A DNA stretch of 64,000 nucleotides from Eledone cirrhosa. Lineage: Eukaryota. The stretch is taken from NCBI GenBank assembly GCA_964016885.1, contig OZ024751.1:47058001-47122000 (forward strand). Reading direction: 5' to 3'. Below, one piece after another: positions 13,270 through 28,283 of the stretch. The notes beneath the pieces are model-generated. The model made no database searches, had not been told where the DNA came from, and saw nothing but the letters and a program-made list of their open reading frames with translations. Made by a program: the position numbers and the translations under genes. Numbering within the stretch: the first letter of the stretch is position 1; each line of letters starts with the position of its first letter.

Positions 13270-13650
13270 CGGATAAAGTACCGTTGGAGACTGAAAAACT
13301 TCACAGAGACGCGTTTTGTGGTATTGAACCAAGCATCTCACATTTGACGGACGAGATAGTTTAAGTATTAACGCCAAAGGTTCTCTTAGCTACCAATTAC
13401 TCTCTTTCAGAAGATTTAACAGTGGAACTCGAAGTTTTAAAAAAATATTTGTTTGTCTTATGTTGACCTGAAAAATTTGAAATTTTTACAAAATAGTCGC
13501 CGATAACTATTAAATCTTCTAAAAAAAGACGATAATTGGTGACAAGATGGGAGGCTCTTTGGGTTAATGGTTAGGTGTGCTCGCCCGACATACGAGAGAT
13601 GCATTGTTCGATTTCCCGCAGGCGTTTCAGTATTTCTGAGACTTTAAAAG
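13270..13650. repeat. Old inverted repeat containing tRNA-like heads
   Basis: TGGGTTAATGGTTAG...TGTTCGATTTCC at 13560-13616 and a diverged reverse copy at 13310-13380; inner arms also complementary. Confidence 0.5.
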
Positions 13651-13984
13651 ATGTTGTAAAAACGATAAGTTCAGAACTTCAATAGCGTAATGTATTCTAT
13701 CCAGCTGGCCGAGTTAACGGTGTTCCCGTCGCTTATTAATATTACTGCATCTCCTGCATATAATACAGTCATTGCTCATGGATTTCTCTTTACAACATTT
13801 TTCTGTTTGGGGGCAAATATTTGATGAAAAAATATCAGTCTTCTTAATAATATTAAAATAGTCACTTCTATCGCACTTAGGGGCCAGGTAGTAGTGTTAA
13901 ACCGGGCAACAGGTTAAATCTACCACCCCATAAGGTCATAGTTTGGTTGTGAACTCAGAAGGTAAAGGGCATAAATTCTTCGGT

Positions 13985-14452
13985 AATTTAATAGGATACC
14001 TTTACAAACATTGCGAAATATTTAAGAAATACATATATACCTGTAGGTCAAGTAGACACCAAAGCAATGGAGAAGAACCAGAGAGTGACCAAAGGTCAGA
14101 TGGTGCGATAATCTGACCCGATACCTCGGCCCCAGATGGCCTAATATGGCCAGAGAAAGGAAGTGGAGTAGGTCCACCAGGGAGGAGTTCCTTGAACAGG
14201 AGGGAGAAGGTTCGGGACTTCGGATGTTGGAGGTCAATCTTAATTTACCTAGTTGATAATTTAATACGATACCTTTACAAATATTTCAAACTATATAAGA
14301 AATATAGGGACCTGTAAGTTAGTTCATAATTTACCTTATTGATAATTTAATAGGACACCTTTACAAATATTGCGAACTATATAAGAAATATAGGCACCTC
14401 AAGGTTAGATCAAAATTTACCTGGTTGATGATTTAATAGGACACCTTTACAA
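13985..14452. repeat. Tandem repeat of about 86 bp interrupted by a LINE fragment
   Basis: ATTTAATAGGA.ACCTTTACAAA at about 13986, 14259, 14345 and 14431. Confidence 0.75.
14053..14205 (+). pseudogene. RTE-type LINE 3' fragment
   Basis: TPKQWRRTRE*PKVRWCDNLTRYLGPRWPNMARER. Confidence 0.6.
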
Positions 14453-14626
14453 AAATACAATTTTAAAGTAGTAAGTAGCCCACATTAAACAACAAGTACA
14501 GTAACAGCAAACACAATATCAACCACAAAAGCGACAATAACAACAACAAAAACAATAAAATGATTATATTATAAAATCTAAAACTAGCTGTTGAAACGGC
14601 AAGAGCTCAGCCGTCGGGTCCTGACT

Positions 14627-14688
<62 letters not shown>

Positions 14689-14699
14689 GTATATATCAT

Positions 14700-14850
14700 A
14701 TATCAGGAAAGCCTGGGCTTTCCTGGTGATTTCTTTTGAATGAAACAGTTCTAATCTTGTAGAAGCCAATTCTATATTAAATATTCTATATACTCTAATA
14801 TGTAAATAGTAACTTACTTACTGTGGTTGCCCCCGATTGAACCCGGGATA
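14700..14850 (+). mobile_element. Family C copy (core mutated to CTGGTGA)
   Basis: GAATGAAACAGTTCTA...GTAGAAGC and tail TACTGTGGTTGCCCCGATTGAACCCGG shared with 10675-10835. Confidence 0.65.
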
Positions 14851-15879
14851 CACAGACACACATACTTATATATATATACTCACACATACATACATACATA
14901 CATACATACATACATACATACATACATACATACATACATACATACATACACACATACATACATGTATAAATAAGTAAATAAAGAGGTGGGTAATGTTTAA
15001 AAGAAAAATCAAATCTCCATGAGAAAGGCATCAAAGGTTGTTCTCAATTTCTATATTGTATTAAAAGTAAACTGCTCAATCTTTTCCATATTACCTCCCT
15101 TTAATTTTCTCTTACCTTCAATTTCGTCGTTGTTTTTGTTCTTCACGCACCGCCCACTTTGTACCGCCCTAAATGTTTCTTTATCTATCTATCTATCTAT
15201 CTAAATAGAAAGTTATCTATCAATCTATCTATCTATCTATCTATCTACCTACCTATCTATCTATCTATCTATATGTCTGTCTAATTATCTGTCTGTGTAT
15301 CTCTATAATTATCTATGTATTTATCTCTCTTCGCCTAGCCATCAACCCATATATATATATATATGTGTGTGTGTATGTGTGTATGTGCGCGCGCGTGTGT
15401 GTGTGTGTATATATGTGTATATATATTTACCTTTCTATTTGTCGATCCGTCTATCTGTCCATCTATCTGTGTCTATCTACCTGTCTACCCATCTATTTAT
15501 CTAACTTAATATCAATCTATCTTCCTGTATATCTAACTATCTATGTGTTAATATCTCTGTCTATGCATCTATATGTCTTTTGTCTATCAATCTATCTATA
15601 ATTCTGTTGTACCTTTATATATACAGGGGTGGTGGAACTGGTTGTGCGAGATCAACCAAGCTTATTGATATTATCCAAAGTTCTTGCTCGTGATCTACCT
15701 TTGGATATCCTGCCGGATGGCTTTACCCATAGAATCTGTCCTGCAATACATTCGATACTCAAAAAGATATTTCTGTCTCTCTTGTGTCGCTAAAATCCGC
15801 CAGTTGCAGATTGCTCATTAACATGTGATATCTCTCTCCTCAAAGTTCGATCACCAGCAGCTGAGTTCAAAGAGCAAAG

Positions 15880-16230
15880 ATCAAGTCCAGTCGATACATT
15901 GACATTGTCAAGCCATTGTTTTGGCTACCGGCCAACCTTCCTTCCAGGAATTACCTACTCACACCACGAGTTGATCTTTTTATATGACAGTATAGTTTGA
16001 ATACACTTGACTTGACAATTGATCTAATTGGTCTAAGTTTGGTAATGTTGAGCAGCTCATTGATACAGATACTGTCACTGAGCCACTTGCCAGTCATAAG
16101 TCTCATCATGTGGTTTTAGAATGTAGAGAGCTTCTGCGGTGACATTGTCGTCCAATTAACACACTCAAGACCATATAACACAACTGGTAGGATGGAAGTA
16201 TCAAAGATCTTAGCCTTCAAATGACAAGTA
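15880..16230 (-). pseudogene. RTE-type LINE RT thumb/C-terminal fragment
   Basis: HLKAKIFDTSILPVVLYGLEC...KLSTF*NHMMR...KLYCHIKRS...LEGRLAG...WLDNV. Confidence 0.7.
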
Positions 16231-16609
16231 GTCCTACTTTATTCTATAGGTCAAACTGGACCTGCCTGTTATTTTGCAGGTTTTCTTTAGGTAGTCTCAG
16301 TCTACAGATAACTAGATTGTGATCACTTGACAACTCAATCTCTCTCTTAACACGAACACCCAGCACAGAATTAAAGAGATCGGATTCAGTTACTGACCTC
16401 TGTCCTTTATTTCACCTTCTACTTATAAAGGAAATCTTTGTATTGGAAAAAGTTGACTTCAATAGAGAGCCGATTACTAGAAGAGAGGCCAAATACGACC
16501 TCTAGGCTGGCATTTAGATCGAGGTCGCCCTTCCAATTATTACTTTCCACGTCAGGTGATCAATGCCAATATTTACATCGAAGTCTCCCAATAGGATATA
16601 TGACTCGGT

Positions 16610-16913
16610 CTTACTACTACTACTACTACTGATGTTGTTGCCGGTGCTGCTACGCTGCTGCTGCTAATACTACTATTACTACTTTTGCTGCTGCTGCTAC
16701 TACTACTACTACTGTTGCTGCTGCTACTACTACTACTACTACTGTTGCTGCTGCTGCTACTACTACTACTACTGTTGCTGCTGCTGCTACTACTACTACT
16801 ACTGTTGCTGCTGCTACTACTACTACTACTGTTGCTGCTGCTGCTGCTGCTACTACTACTGTTGCTGCTGCTGCTACTACTACTACTACTACTGTTACTA
16901 CTACTACTACTGT

Positions 16914-16944
<31 letters not shown>

Positions 16945-18071
16945 GCTACTACTACTACTACTACTACTATTACTGCTGCTGCTACTACTACTACTGCTGC
17001 TGCTGCTACTACTACTACTACTACTACTATTACTACTATTACTGCTGCTGCTACTACTACTACTGCTGCTGCTACTACTACTACTACTACTATTACTGCT
17101 GCTACTACTACTACTACTGCTGCTGCTACTACTACTACTACTACTATTACTGCTGCTGCTGCTGCTACTACTACTACTACTATTACTGCTGCTGCTATTA
17201 CTACTACTACTACTACTATGACTGCTGCTGCTGCTGCTGCTACTACTACTACTATTACTGCTGCTGCTATTACTACTACTACTACTACTACTACTACTAT
17301 TTCTGCTGCTGCTGCTGATGATTCTACTACTGCTGCTGCTACTACTACCACTACTACTGATGGTGATGATGATGATGAACGATGTTGTTGCTGTTGTTGT
17401 TATTGTTGTTGTTGTTATTGTTACTGTTGTTGGTGTTGTTGTTGTTGTTGTTGTTATTGTTGTTAGTGTTATTGTTGTTGGTGTTGTTGTCACTGTTGTT
17501 GGTGTTATTGTTGTTGTTGTTGTCACTGTTGTTGGTGTTATTGTTGTTAGTGTTATTGTTGTTGTTGTCACTGCTGTTGGTGTTATTGTTGTTGTTGTTG
17601 TTATTGTTGTTGCTGTTGTTGTTGTCACTGTTGTTGGTGTTGTTGTTACTGTTGTTGGTGTTATTGTTGTTGTTGTTGTTGTTACTGTTGCTGTTGTTGT
17701 TGGTGGTGTTGTTGTTGTTGTTGTTACTGTTGTTGGTGTGATTGTTGTTGTTGTTGTTGTCACTGTTGTTGGTGTTATTGTTGTTGTTGTTGTCACTGTT
17801 GTTGGTGTTATTGTTGTTGTTGTTGTTGTCACTGTTGTTGGTGTTATTGTTATTGTTGTTACTGTTGTTGTTGTTCTACTTACTCTTGTTACTGTTACTG
17901 TTGTTGTCACTATTATTGTTGTTGTTGTTGCTGTCACTGTTGTTGTTATTGTTGTTGTTATTGTTGTTGTAGTTGTTGTAGTGGGTATGTTAGTTGTCAG
18001 TGATGTCTATTGTTTTGGTAGTGCTTGTCATGGTAATTGTGCAGATGGCATCTATAGTGTCTCTCTCTCTT

Positions 18072-18114
<43 letters not shown>

Positions 18115-18116
18115 TG

Positions 18117-18165
<49 letters not shown>

Positions 18166-18580
18166 TGGTAGTAGTAGTAGTGGTGGTGGTGGTGGTAGTG
18201 GTGGTAGTAGTAGTGGTGGTGGTGGTGGTGGTGGTAGTTGTGGTGCGCGCGGAGGGTGTTGTGGTTAATGTTACAGTTTTGGTTTAGAGGGTTTAGTTCA
18301 TTATGTTAATTGTGGTGGTTGTGGTGGTAGTGGTGGTGGTATTGGTGGTGGTGGTGGTGGTGGTGGTAGTGATGGTGGTATTGGTGGTGGTGGTGGTGGT
18401 GGTAGTGGTGGGTAGGTTTTTGTGGTGGTCATGGTAATAGTTGTGGTGTTGGTGGTGGTGGTGGTAGTGGGTGGGTTTTTGTGGTGGTGTTGGTGGTGGT
18501 AGTATTGGTGGTGGTGGTGGTGGGTAGGTTTTTGTGGTGGTTATGGTAATAGTTGTGGTGTTGGTGGTGGAGGTGTTTGT
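16610..18580. repeat. Compound triplet microsatellites (CTA/CTG, TTG, TAG, GGT)
   Basis: Direct inspection. Confidence 0.95.
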
Positions 18581-18823
18581 GGTATTTTTTTTTACATATT
18601 AAGAACACCAGTTCCATTTATACAGTACCTGTTGTGTGTGTGTGTCTGTGTGTGTGTTTATGCATGTGTGTGATCATACATGCATACATATATACATGAA
18701 TATGTATGACTATACATACACAGACACAGACATATATATACAATACTTATGTATATATATATATATATATAGGTGTGTGTGAATATATATATATTATATA
18801 AACATGGATATATATGGGTGCAA

Positions 18824-18938
<115 letters not shown>

Positions 18939-19225
18939 GTCTCGCTTCATTTTCTCTTAGTATTTGGTAACGTCAAGGAGTCCCGTCCATCTTGCCTCAT
19001 CTCTCCCCCTCTCCCCCCCCCCCCCCCGCCTCTCTATCCCCGAATCCACTCAATTACATGCATTGAATTTTATTCTTTCTAGAAACAGGAACCAACTTGA
19101 CAAACCACAGAAAAGGGATGATTTTATTTCTGTTTTTTGGGGTTTTTTTTTTTTTTTTGCTTTCTTTCAGCCATCAAAACACACGTCGTTCTCCGGTAGG
19201 AGTAATAATGGCGTAATGAGAGCTC

Positions 19226-19297
<72 letters not shown>

Positions 19298-19460
19298 GAG
19301 AGAGAGGGGGGAAGAGAGAGAGAAGTACTGTCCGTGACCGCCCATGCGTAGTAAAGTTGGCTGGACTCGAGACATTGCATAAATATCTCTTAATATATAC
19401 ACCGGCGAACACGCTCACACGCACACACATGCACTCGTACATACACACACACATATATAT

Positions 19461-19509
<49 letters not shown>

Positions 19510-19798
19510 TATATACACATATATATATATAATCGCATAATCTCTTCTCTACTTTCCCTTAAAAACACATACATATCCATCAGCTATATCTATCTTTCTA
19601 TATACGTATCCAACTCCACCCGCTACCACCCCTACACGCCTCACACCCTCCCACCACTTCTTTAGTTTTATATTTATTTTTATTTTTATTTGTACTTCTT
19701 CAATCGTTTCTTCTCCCTTTATCCCCCCCCCCCTTTTCTAAATGTCTTTCCAGCACTCTCCCACACACCCTCGGAACCCTCTTCCTACCCACTTTTCT

Positions 19799-19828
19799 CC
19801 TGATGAAGGGCTTATGCCCGAAACGTCG
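19799..19828 (+). ncRNA. PLE-type minimal hammerhead core
   Basis: CTGATGA-A-GGGC-TTAT-GCCC-GAAAC-GTC; stem I mostly lost; lies in an island (about 19530-19930) ending in (TA)n. Confidence 0.7.
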
Positions 19829-20008
19829 CTCTCCACCCACCCACCCCCAGCCCACTCTCAAAAGCGTGAACCTTATAAACTCTTATTTGTACTGCCTCTC
19901 TGTTTTTGTTCCCGTCTAAGTTTTAACTATATATAGGTATATATATATATATTTATATATATATACCTATATATATATACCTATATATATACATACATAT
20001 ATATATAC

Positions 20009-20049
<41 letters not shown>

Positions 20050-20054
<5 letters not shown>

Positions 20055-21702
20055 ATACTTTAGGAGGGTCATGTTGCCAATAAGAAACACACGCACCAGT
20101 TGCTTTCATTTCAATTTATTATAATAAATTTATAAATTTAGGAATTTATAAATTTCCGGTTGGTTGGTTGGTTCCACAACCAGATGTTTGTTTATATATT
20201 GTCAAAGTTCTTTCGTCACACATTCTGTGACCTCTTCAGTGACTGGGGATTCTTTTCTTTGTTTTTTTTGTGCCTCTCCTTTGTTCTGTCCTACGCCATC
20301 ATGTTTTTGTGTGTGTGTTGTGTGCTTAGTTTGCGCATGAGTTACATCCGGGTGTCTGTGTGTGTTTATATTCGTTTATTTATTTGTTTACTTACATGTT
20401 ACTGGTTGGTTGTTTGTTCTATGTGCGTGTGTGTTTTCATTTTGTCCTTAATTGTAAGTTGTGATGTTGCTGTTCCACTCATGTTTTCTATTTAATTTTG
20501 GTTGTAATTCATTTATGTTTATTGCCTCTGTGATTTGTCTAAACATTGCGTTTTTTCTGTGTGTAGATTCTATTTTTATTTCTGTTCTCTAATTTACTCT
20601 TATGTTCTATTTTAGCATGTTGGTAGAGTACAGATGATTCTTTACTATCTTGAAGGTCTCGCCAGTGTTCATTTATCTGTTCCCCTATACTACGAGCTGT
20701 CTCACCTATGTACACTATATTTTTATCTCTACATTGTCCTTCAGTACATCTTATGCTATATACTACATTTCTAGTTTTACAGTTAATATGGGGGCTTAAT
20801 TTACAGATTATACATTTCTTATCTATACAGGGAGGTCTTTGAAAAGGGTATGTCTTGCTAATAGGTGTTTTTATGGAGGTACCTGGTCTTTCTACTATCT
20901 TAATATTGAGTTTATGTTTATCTAGGGCCCTTCTAAATCTGTAAGCTAATTCACCTCTAGGGGTTGTATCGATGAACATTACACTCTGGTATTTATTGCT
21001 ATCATACCATGAGTTTATTCTATTAGCCTTATTCTTAGTTCTTTCTATTCTATTCCAAAATTTGCTCCTATACAAGGGGCAGGTCCCATTTGTGTCATTA
21101 TTTACCATTTTTTCCCATTTGGTTCTGGCTCCTCTATACACTCTGATTTTATCTCTCTGATTGTAGCCAGAGAACTGCATACGGTGGATGAAGTGTTGTA
21201 TGTGTCTCTCTAGTTCTTCGGGGTTGCACATGCGGGACACGTTTCTCATCACCCGTACCAAATCCGAAATCAGTATGTTGATTTTCGTATGGTCCGAAAC
21301 AGTTGAGATGGGTTTGGCATAATGGGAATGGAGGATTTATTTTTTGTTATTAATGGTATCTAACCAGAGCTCTGTGTCTAGTACAGGTAATCGATGGTTG
21401 GGGTGTTTGCTTGGGTAGTCTATAGTAACTCTAATACTCTGGTGGATGGAGTTAGCTATTTGCTGGATTCTTTCCATTGTGTTTTTCTCTAATTCCTGAC
21501 TGTTCTTTAGTGGGGGTGTTTTAACTACGCTGTTTATATCATCAACGTAGCGGGAGTACATTATCAGGGTTAAGGGGCCTTCTAATTGTTCTTTCAGTTT
21601 AAGTTTAAGTCTACTGTCCCACCATACCATGAATAGGTTAGCTATGTCGCCTGCAATGCTTATACCAATGGCTGCTCCCTCCTCTTGGGCATATGTTTTT
21701 CC
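20050..21702 (-). mobile_element. Penelope-like element, 5'-truncated copy 2
   Basis: YAQEEGAAIG, YSRYVDDI, LPVLDTEL and GIY-YIG (VVYSIRC...YIGETAR); closely similar to 38195-39853; frameshifts and a deletion. Confidence 0.95.
20201..20244 (-). ncRNA. Hammerhead ribozyme in the PLE pseudo-LTR (copy 2)
   Basis: GTCA-CTGAAGA-GGTCACA-GAATG-TGTGAC-GAAA-GAAC-TT-TGAC. Confidence 0.75.
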
Positions 21703-21822
21703 AAGTGAAAGCAACTGGTGCGTGTGTTTCTTATTTGCAGCTTGACCCTCCCTAAGTATAACAATATCGGTTTCAACACACGTTTTCAGATAAAGAATCT
21801 TGCTAAACAAATTCAGAAACGA
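21703..21822 (+). repeat. Inverted 3'-terminal segment of the PLE at its 5' truncation point, with an extension of about 55 nt
   Basis: GTGAAAGCAACTGGTGCGTGTGTTTCTTATT... mirrors 20050-20110; extension also seen at 22035-22090 and 30815-30870. Confidence 0.85.
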
Positions 21823-21941
21823 TATATATATATATATATATATATCATATCATATCATATAGAAATGACTTCTACGGGGTTAAAACTACGGGTTTCATTC
21901 GTTTGAAATCATCTGGAAAGTTAAGTAATTTAATCACGGTT

Positions 21942-21976
<35 letters not shown>

Positions 21977-22089
21977 ATACTTTGGGAGGGTCATGTTGCC
22001 AATAAGAAACACACGCACCCAAAGTATAACAATATCGGTTTCAACACACGATTTCAGATAAAGAATCTTGCTAAACAAATTCAGAAACG

Positions 22090-22184
<95 letters not shown>

Positions 22185-22196
22185 TATATATATATG

Positions 22197-22246
<50 letters not shown>

Positions 22247-22258
22247 TATATACATATG

Positions 22259-22331
<73 letters not shown>

Positions 22332-22397
22332 AACATATATATTTCGGCATGGAAGAGAAGTAGAAGAATTACATATATATATACATATGTGTCTCTC

Positions 22398-22461
<64 letters not shown>

Positions 22462-22579
22462 AGAGAGAAGAGAGAGAGAGTGAGGTGGCGGTTGCTACAT
22501 CACACTTCACGAAACAATCGACCTGTTTTCGGAATGGTGCCAATAAGAGGCCTTCAATCATTCTCCAGGTCTGTAACAT

Positions 22580-24285
<1,706 letters not shown>

Positions 24286-24288
<3 letters not shown>

Positions 24289-24646
24289 GGAAAAAATGAA
24301 ACGAAATTTCATTTCCCACTCTGAGTACGGCTGTTACTTAAATATAAGTATTTACACGTACATACATATATGTATACAGACGTACAGTAGTATGTATATA
24401 TATATACATACATGCATGCACACATATACATATGTACGTATGGATTCACCGAACATTTATTACAATGCTCGGTGTGTTTGTAAACAAACATCCCGTATTA
24501 AGCCGTAGTGTCCAGCAACTATCGTTGCTCGTTTGTTCAACACTGACAAAGGAACGCTGTACTAGTTTCAAGCTTATTAGCTATCGTCAGCAACGTATAC
24601 CTTCCTGCCAGATTGTTGAACGTATATACTTACCTTATGCATATTA
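24286..24646 (-). mobile_element. Family F HHR element (HHR at 24555-24595, minus)
   Basis: Reverse complement of a circular permutation of 24774-25250. Confidence 0.85.
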
Positions 24647-24689
24647 AAGGTAATTCTTCTACTTCTCTTCCATGCCGAAATATATATAT

Positions 24690-24771
<82 letters not shown>

Positions 24772-24773
24772 CA

Positions 24774-25250
24774 TACTACTGTACGTCTGTATACATATAT
24801 GTATGTACGTGTACATACTTATATTTAAGTAACAGCCGTACTAAGAGTGGGAAATGAAATTTCGTTTCATTTTTTCCGTTTATCGTTTTCGGTGCACCCG
24901 GCCGATTAACCCACTCGATATGCAAATTGGGCTACTCAGCCGTTAATATGCATAAAGTAAGTATATACGTTCAACAATCTGGCAGGAAGGTATACGTTGC
25001 TGACGATAGCTAATAAGCTTGAAACTAGTACAGCGTTCCTTTGTCAGTGTTGAACAAACGAGAAACGATAGTTGCTGGACACTACGGCTTAATACGGGAT
25101 GTTTGTTTACAAACACACCGAGCATTGTAATAGATGTTCGGTGAATCCATACGTACATATATATATATGTGCATGTATGTATATATATATATACATAATA
25201 CTACTGAACGTCTGTATACATATATGTATGTACGTGTACATACTTATATA
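24774..25250 (+). mobile_element. Family F HHR element, longer than one unit (unit about 425 bp)
   Basis: TACTACTG.ACGTCTGTATACATATATGTATGTACGTGTACATACTTATA at 24774 and 25199. Confidence 0.8.
24995..25035 (+). ncRNA. Type I hammerhead ribozyme with palindromic stem III
   Basis: CGTTG-CTGACGA-TAGCT-AATA-AGCTT-GAAA-CTAG-TA-CAGCG. Confidence 0.85.
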
Positions 25251-25258
25251 TATATATT

Positions 25259-25339
<81 letters not shown>

Positions 25340-25350
25340 TTGTGTGTGTG

Positions 25351-25403
<53 letters not shown>

Positions 25404-25739
25404 ACATCTATATGTAAGTATATGTGTGCATGTATGTATATATATGTGTGTGTGCATGTATATACATATATACATATATTAATTTCAATTTTCGACGCAT
25501 CTAAATAAATATAAATGGTAGGGTGTGGGCTGCGGGGTGGGGTCGGTGGCTGAACACTAAGTGTGGGGGGAGGGGAGGTGAGGAGGAGGGGAGTAGCTGT
25601 TAACAAAGATAAAGGAAATGAATTAAACAAAAAGAAAGAAAAAGAAGAAACTAGAGAGAGGGTCGGGGAAGAGGAAGGAAGAAATGGGGAATGTCTAAAC
25701 AATGGCTGTTATGACAGCAAACCATCTCGCTACCATGGT

Positions 25740-25743
25740 GACA

Positions 25744-25775
<32 letters not shown>

Positions 25776-25803
25776 AATAACAGCAATAACAACCACTACA
25801 ACA

Positions 25804-25838
<35 letters not shown>

Positions 25839-25893
25839 AATAACAGCAACAACAACTACTACTACTACTACTACAATAACAGCAACAACAACA

Positions 25894-25928
<35 letters not shown>

Positions 25929-25947
25929 AATAACAGCAACAACAACA

Positions 25948-25997
<50 letters not shown>

Positions 25998-26118
25998 AAT
26001 AACAGCAAAAACAACCACTACAACAACTACTACTCCTACTACTACTACTACTACTACTACTACAATAACAGCAACAACAACAACAACTACTACTACTACA
26101 ATAACAGCAACAACAACA

Positions 26119-26159
<41 letters not shown>

Positions 26160-26175
26160 AATAACAGCAACAACA

Positions 26176-26213
<38 letters not shown>

Positions 26214-26970
26214 AATAACAGCAACAACAACAACTACAGCTACTACTACTACTACTACTACTACAATAACAGCAATAACAGCAACAACAACCACTACTAC
26301 TACTACTTCAATAACAGCAACAACAACAGCAACAGCAACAACAACAACAACGATAGCAATAGCTCCAGTAACAACAACACCAGCAACAGTAGCACCAACA
26401 GCAACAACAACGGCAACAACGGCAACAACAGCACCAGTAACAACAACAAGAACAGCAACAACAACAACAACAATAGCAACAACTATAGCATCAGTCACAA
26501 CAACAGCAGAAGCAACAACAACATCAACAACAGCTATAACAATAATAACAACAAAAGCAACAACAACAACAACAACAATAACAATAGCAACAATAGCGCC
26601 AGTAGCAACAAACAGCAACAACAGCAACAATAGCAACAATAACACAACAACAATAGCAACAACAACATCAATAACAACAACAATAGCAACGACAACATCA
26701 ATAACAACAACAATAACAACAACAACATCAATAACAACAACAATAGCACCAGTAACGGCAATCATAACAACAACAATAGCAACAACAACATCAATAACAA
26801 CAACAATAGCAACAACAGCATCAATAACAACAACAATAGCACCAGTAACGGCAATCATAACAACAACAATAACAACGACAGCATCAATAACAACAACAAC
26901 AACGGCACCAGTAGCTACAACAGCAACACCAGTAGCAACAGTAGACAATAATAGAACATCAACAACAGTT
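25740..26970. repeat. Compound (ACT)n/(AAC)n repeats
   Basis: Direct inspection. Confidence 0.95.
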
Positions 26971-27129
26971 AGAAGAACAAACCAATCAGTAAAGCCGTCA
27001 AAAGTGACATCACAACCGCCTGACCACTCAATGTTGATGTCTCACCCCGTGCCGTTGTGGGGGGAGTGGGTTTGTGGGGGTGGTTTGTGAGGGTTTGTTT
27101 TATATTTAGCGGCGTAAGAAGGGTGTTGT

Positions 27130-27618
27130 TGTTTGGTGGTTTGGTGGTTGGATGATTTGGTGGTTTGGTGGTTTGGTGGTTTGGTGGGTTAGTGGTTGGG
27201 TGGTTTGGTGGTTTGTTGGTTTGGTGGTTTACTGGCAAGGTGGTTAGGTAGTTTGGTGGTTTGTTGGTTGGTTGGTTTGGTGGTTTGGTGGTTTAGTGGC
27301 TAGGTGGTTGGGTAGTTTGTTGGTTTGTTGGTTTGGTGGTTTGGTGGTTTGTTAGTTGGGTGGTTTGGTGATTTGGTGGATTGGTGGCTAGGTGGTTGGG
27401 TAGTTTGGTGGTTTGGTGGTTTGGTGGTTTGGTGGTTTGGTGGTTTGTTGGTTGGGTGGTTTGGTGATTTGGTGGTTTAGTGGCTAGGTGGTTGGATGGT
27501 TTGGTGGTTTAGTGACTTCATGGTTTGGGGGGGGTTGGTGGTTTGGTCGTTGGGTGGTTTGGTTGTTCGGTGGTTTGGTAACTTGATAGTTTCGTGTTTT
27601 GGTGGTTGGGTGGTTTGG
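27130..27618. repeat. Degenerate (TGGTGGTT)n repeat
   Basis: Direct inspection. Confidence 0.85.
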
Positions 27619-27835
27619 TCGACATAAGAACATAAGGACCGAACATACACCGAATAAACAACGCCAGGTTTAACAACCGTAGGACAGAACTCATAAGACC
27701 GAAGAGATGACAAACGGTGACAATTAGTTTAACGTCTATAATCTGAAGACCACAAAATATTGGAGCCTACACAGGATCACCTTCCCGTGGAAAATTAACC
27801 ACACAAACTAACCAACTACCTGCCATCATAACGTG

Positions 27836-28070
27836 AGAAGCTGCAACTGCAGGCAGCCTGGGAACTGTCCAATATAGAGCAATGTCTACACAGCAACATA
27901 ATCTATAATTGTAGGGTTACTTCTCCGGAGGGAACATACAATTACGCCGGTGCAACAGCCAACCATTTCAAATAGCGTTTTTATATGCATAACTATTCGT
28001 TTAAAACTACAAGTCTGAGTCACACTACCACCCTAGTAGAGCACATTTGGACTTAAAGAGTAAAAACACC
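27836..28070 (+). pseudogene. GIY-YIG endonuclease remnant of a second PLE family (absent from the ORF track)
   Basis: RSCNCRQPGNCPI / EQCLHSNIIYNCRVTSPEGTYNYAGATANHFK*RFYMHNYSF...TTLVEHIW; degenerate HHR at 28150-28189; ends in (TA)n at about 28235. Confidence 0.8.
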
Positions 28071-28230
28071 GATTCATTTAGCATGGTCTATAATATGATC
28101 AGCGAATCCCTAAAATCGTTTGATAATTAAAAATCTAACCGGATGGATTAGTTGACTGAGTAATAATAAAACCGATACGTAACTCAACTTGTGCGTATGT
28201 TTTTACTGGAAGTATGATCCTCCGAATGTA

Positions 28231-28280
<50 letters not shown>

Positions 28281-28283
<3 letters not shown>

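Noticed and set aside
22515-22572. Structured RNA hairpin (GACCTG...CAGGTC)
   Set aside because: Single copy with no identifiable ribozyme or SECIS core
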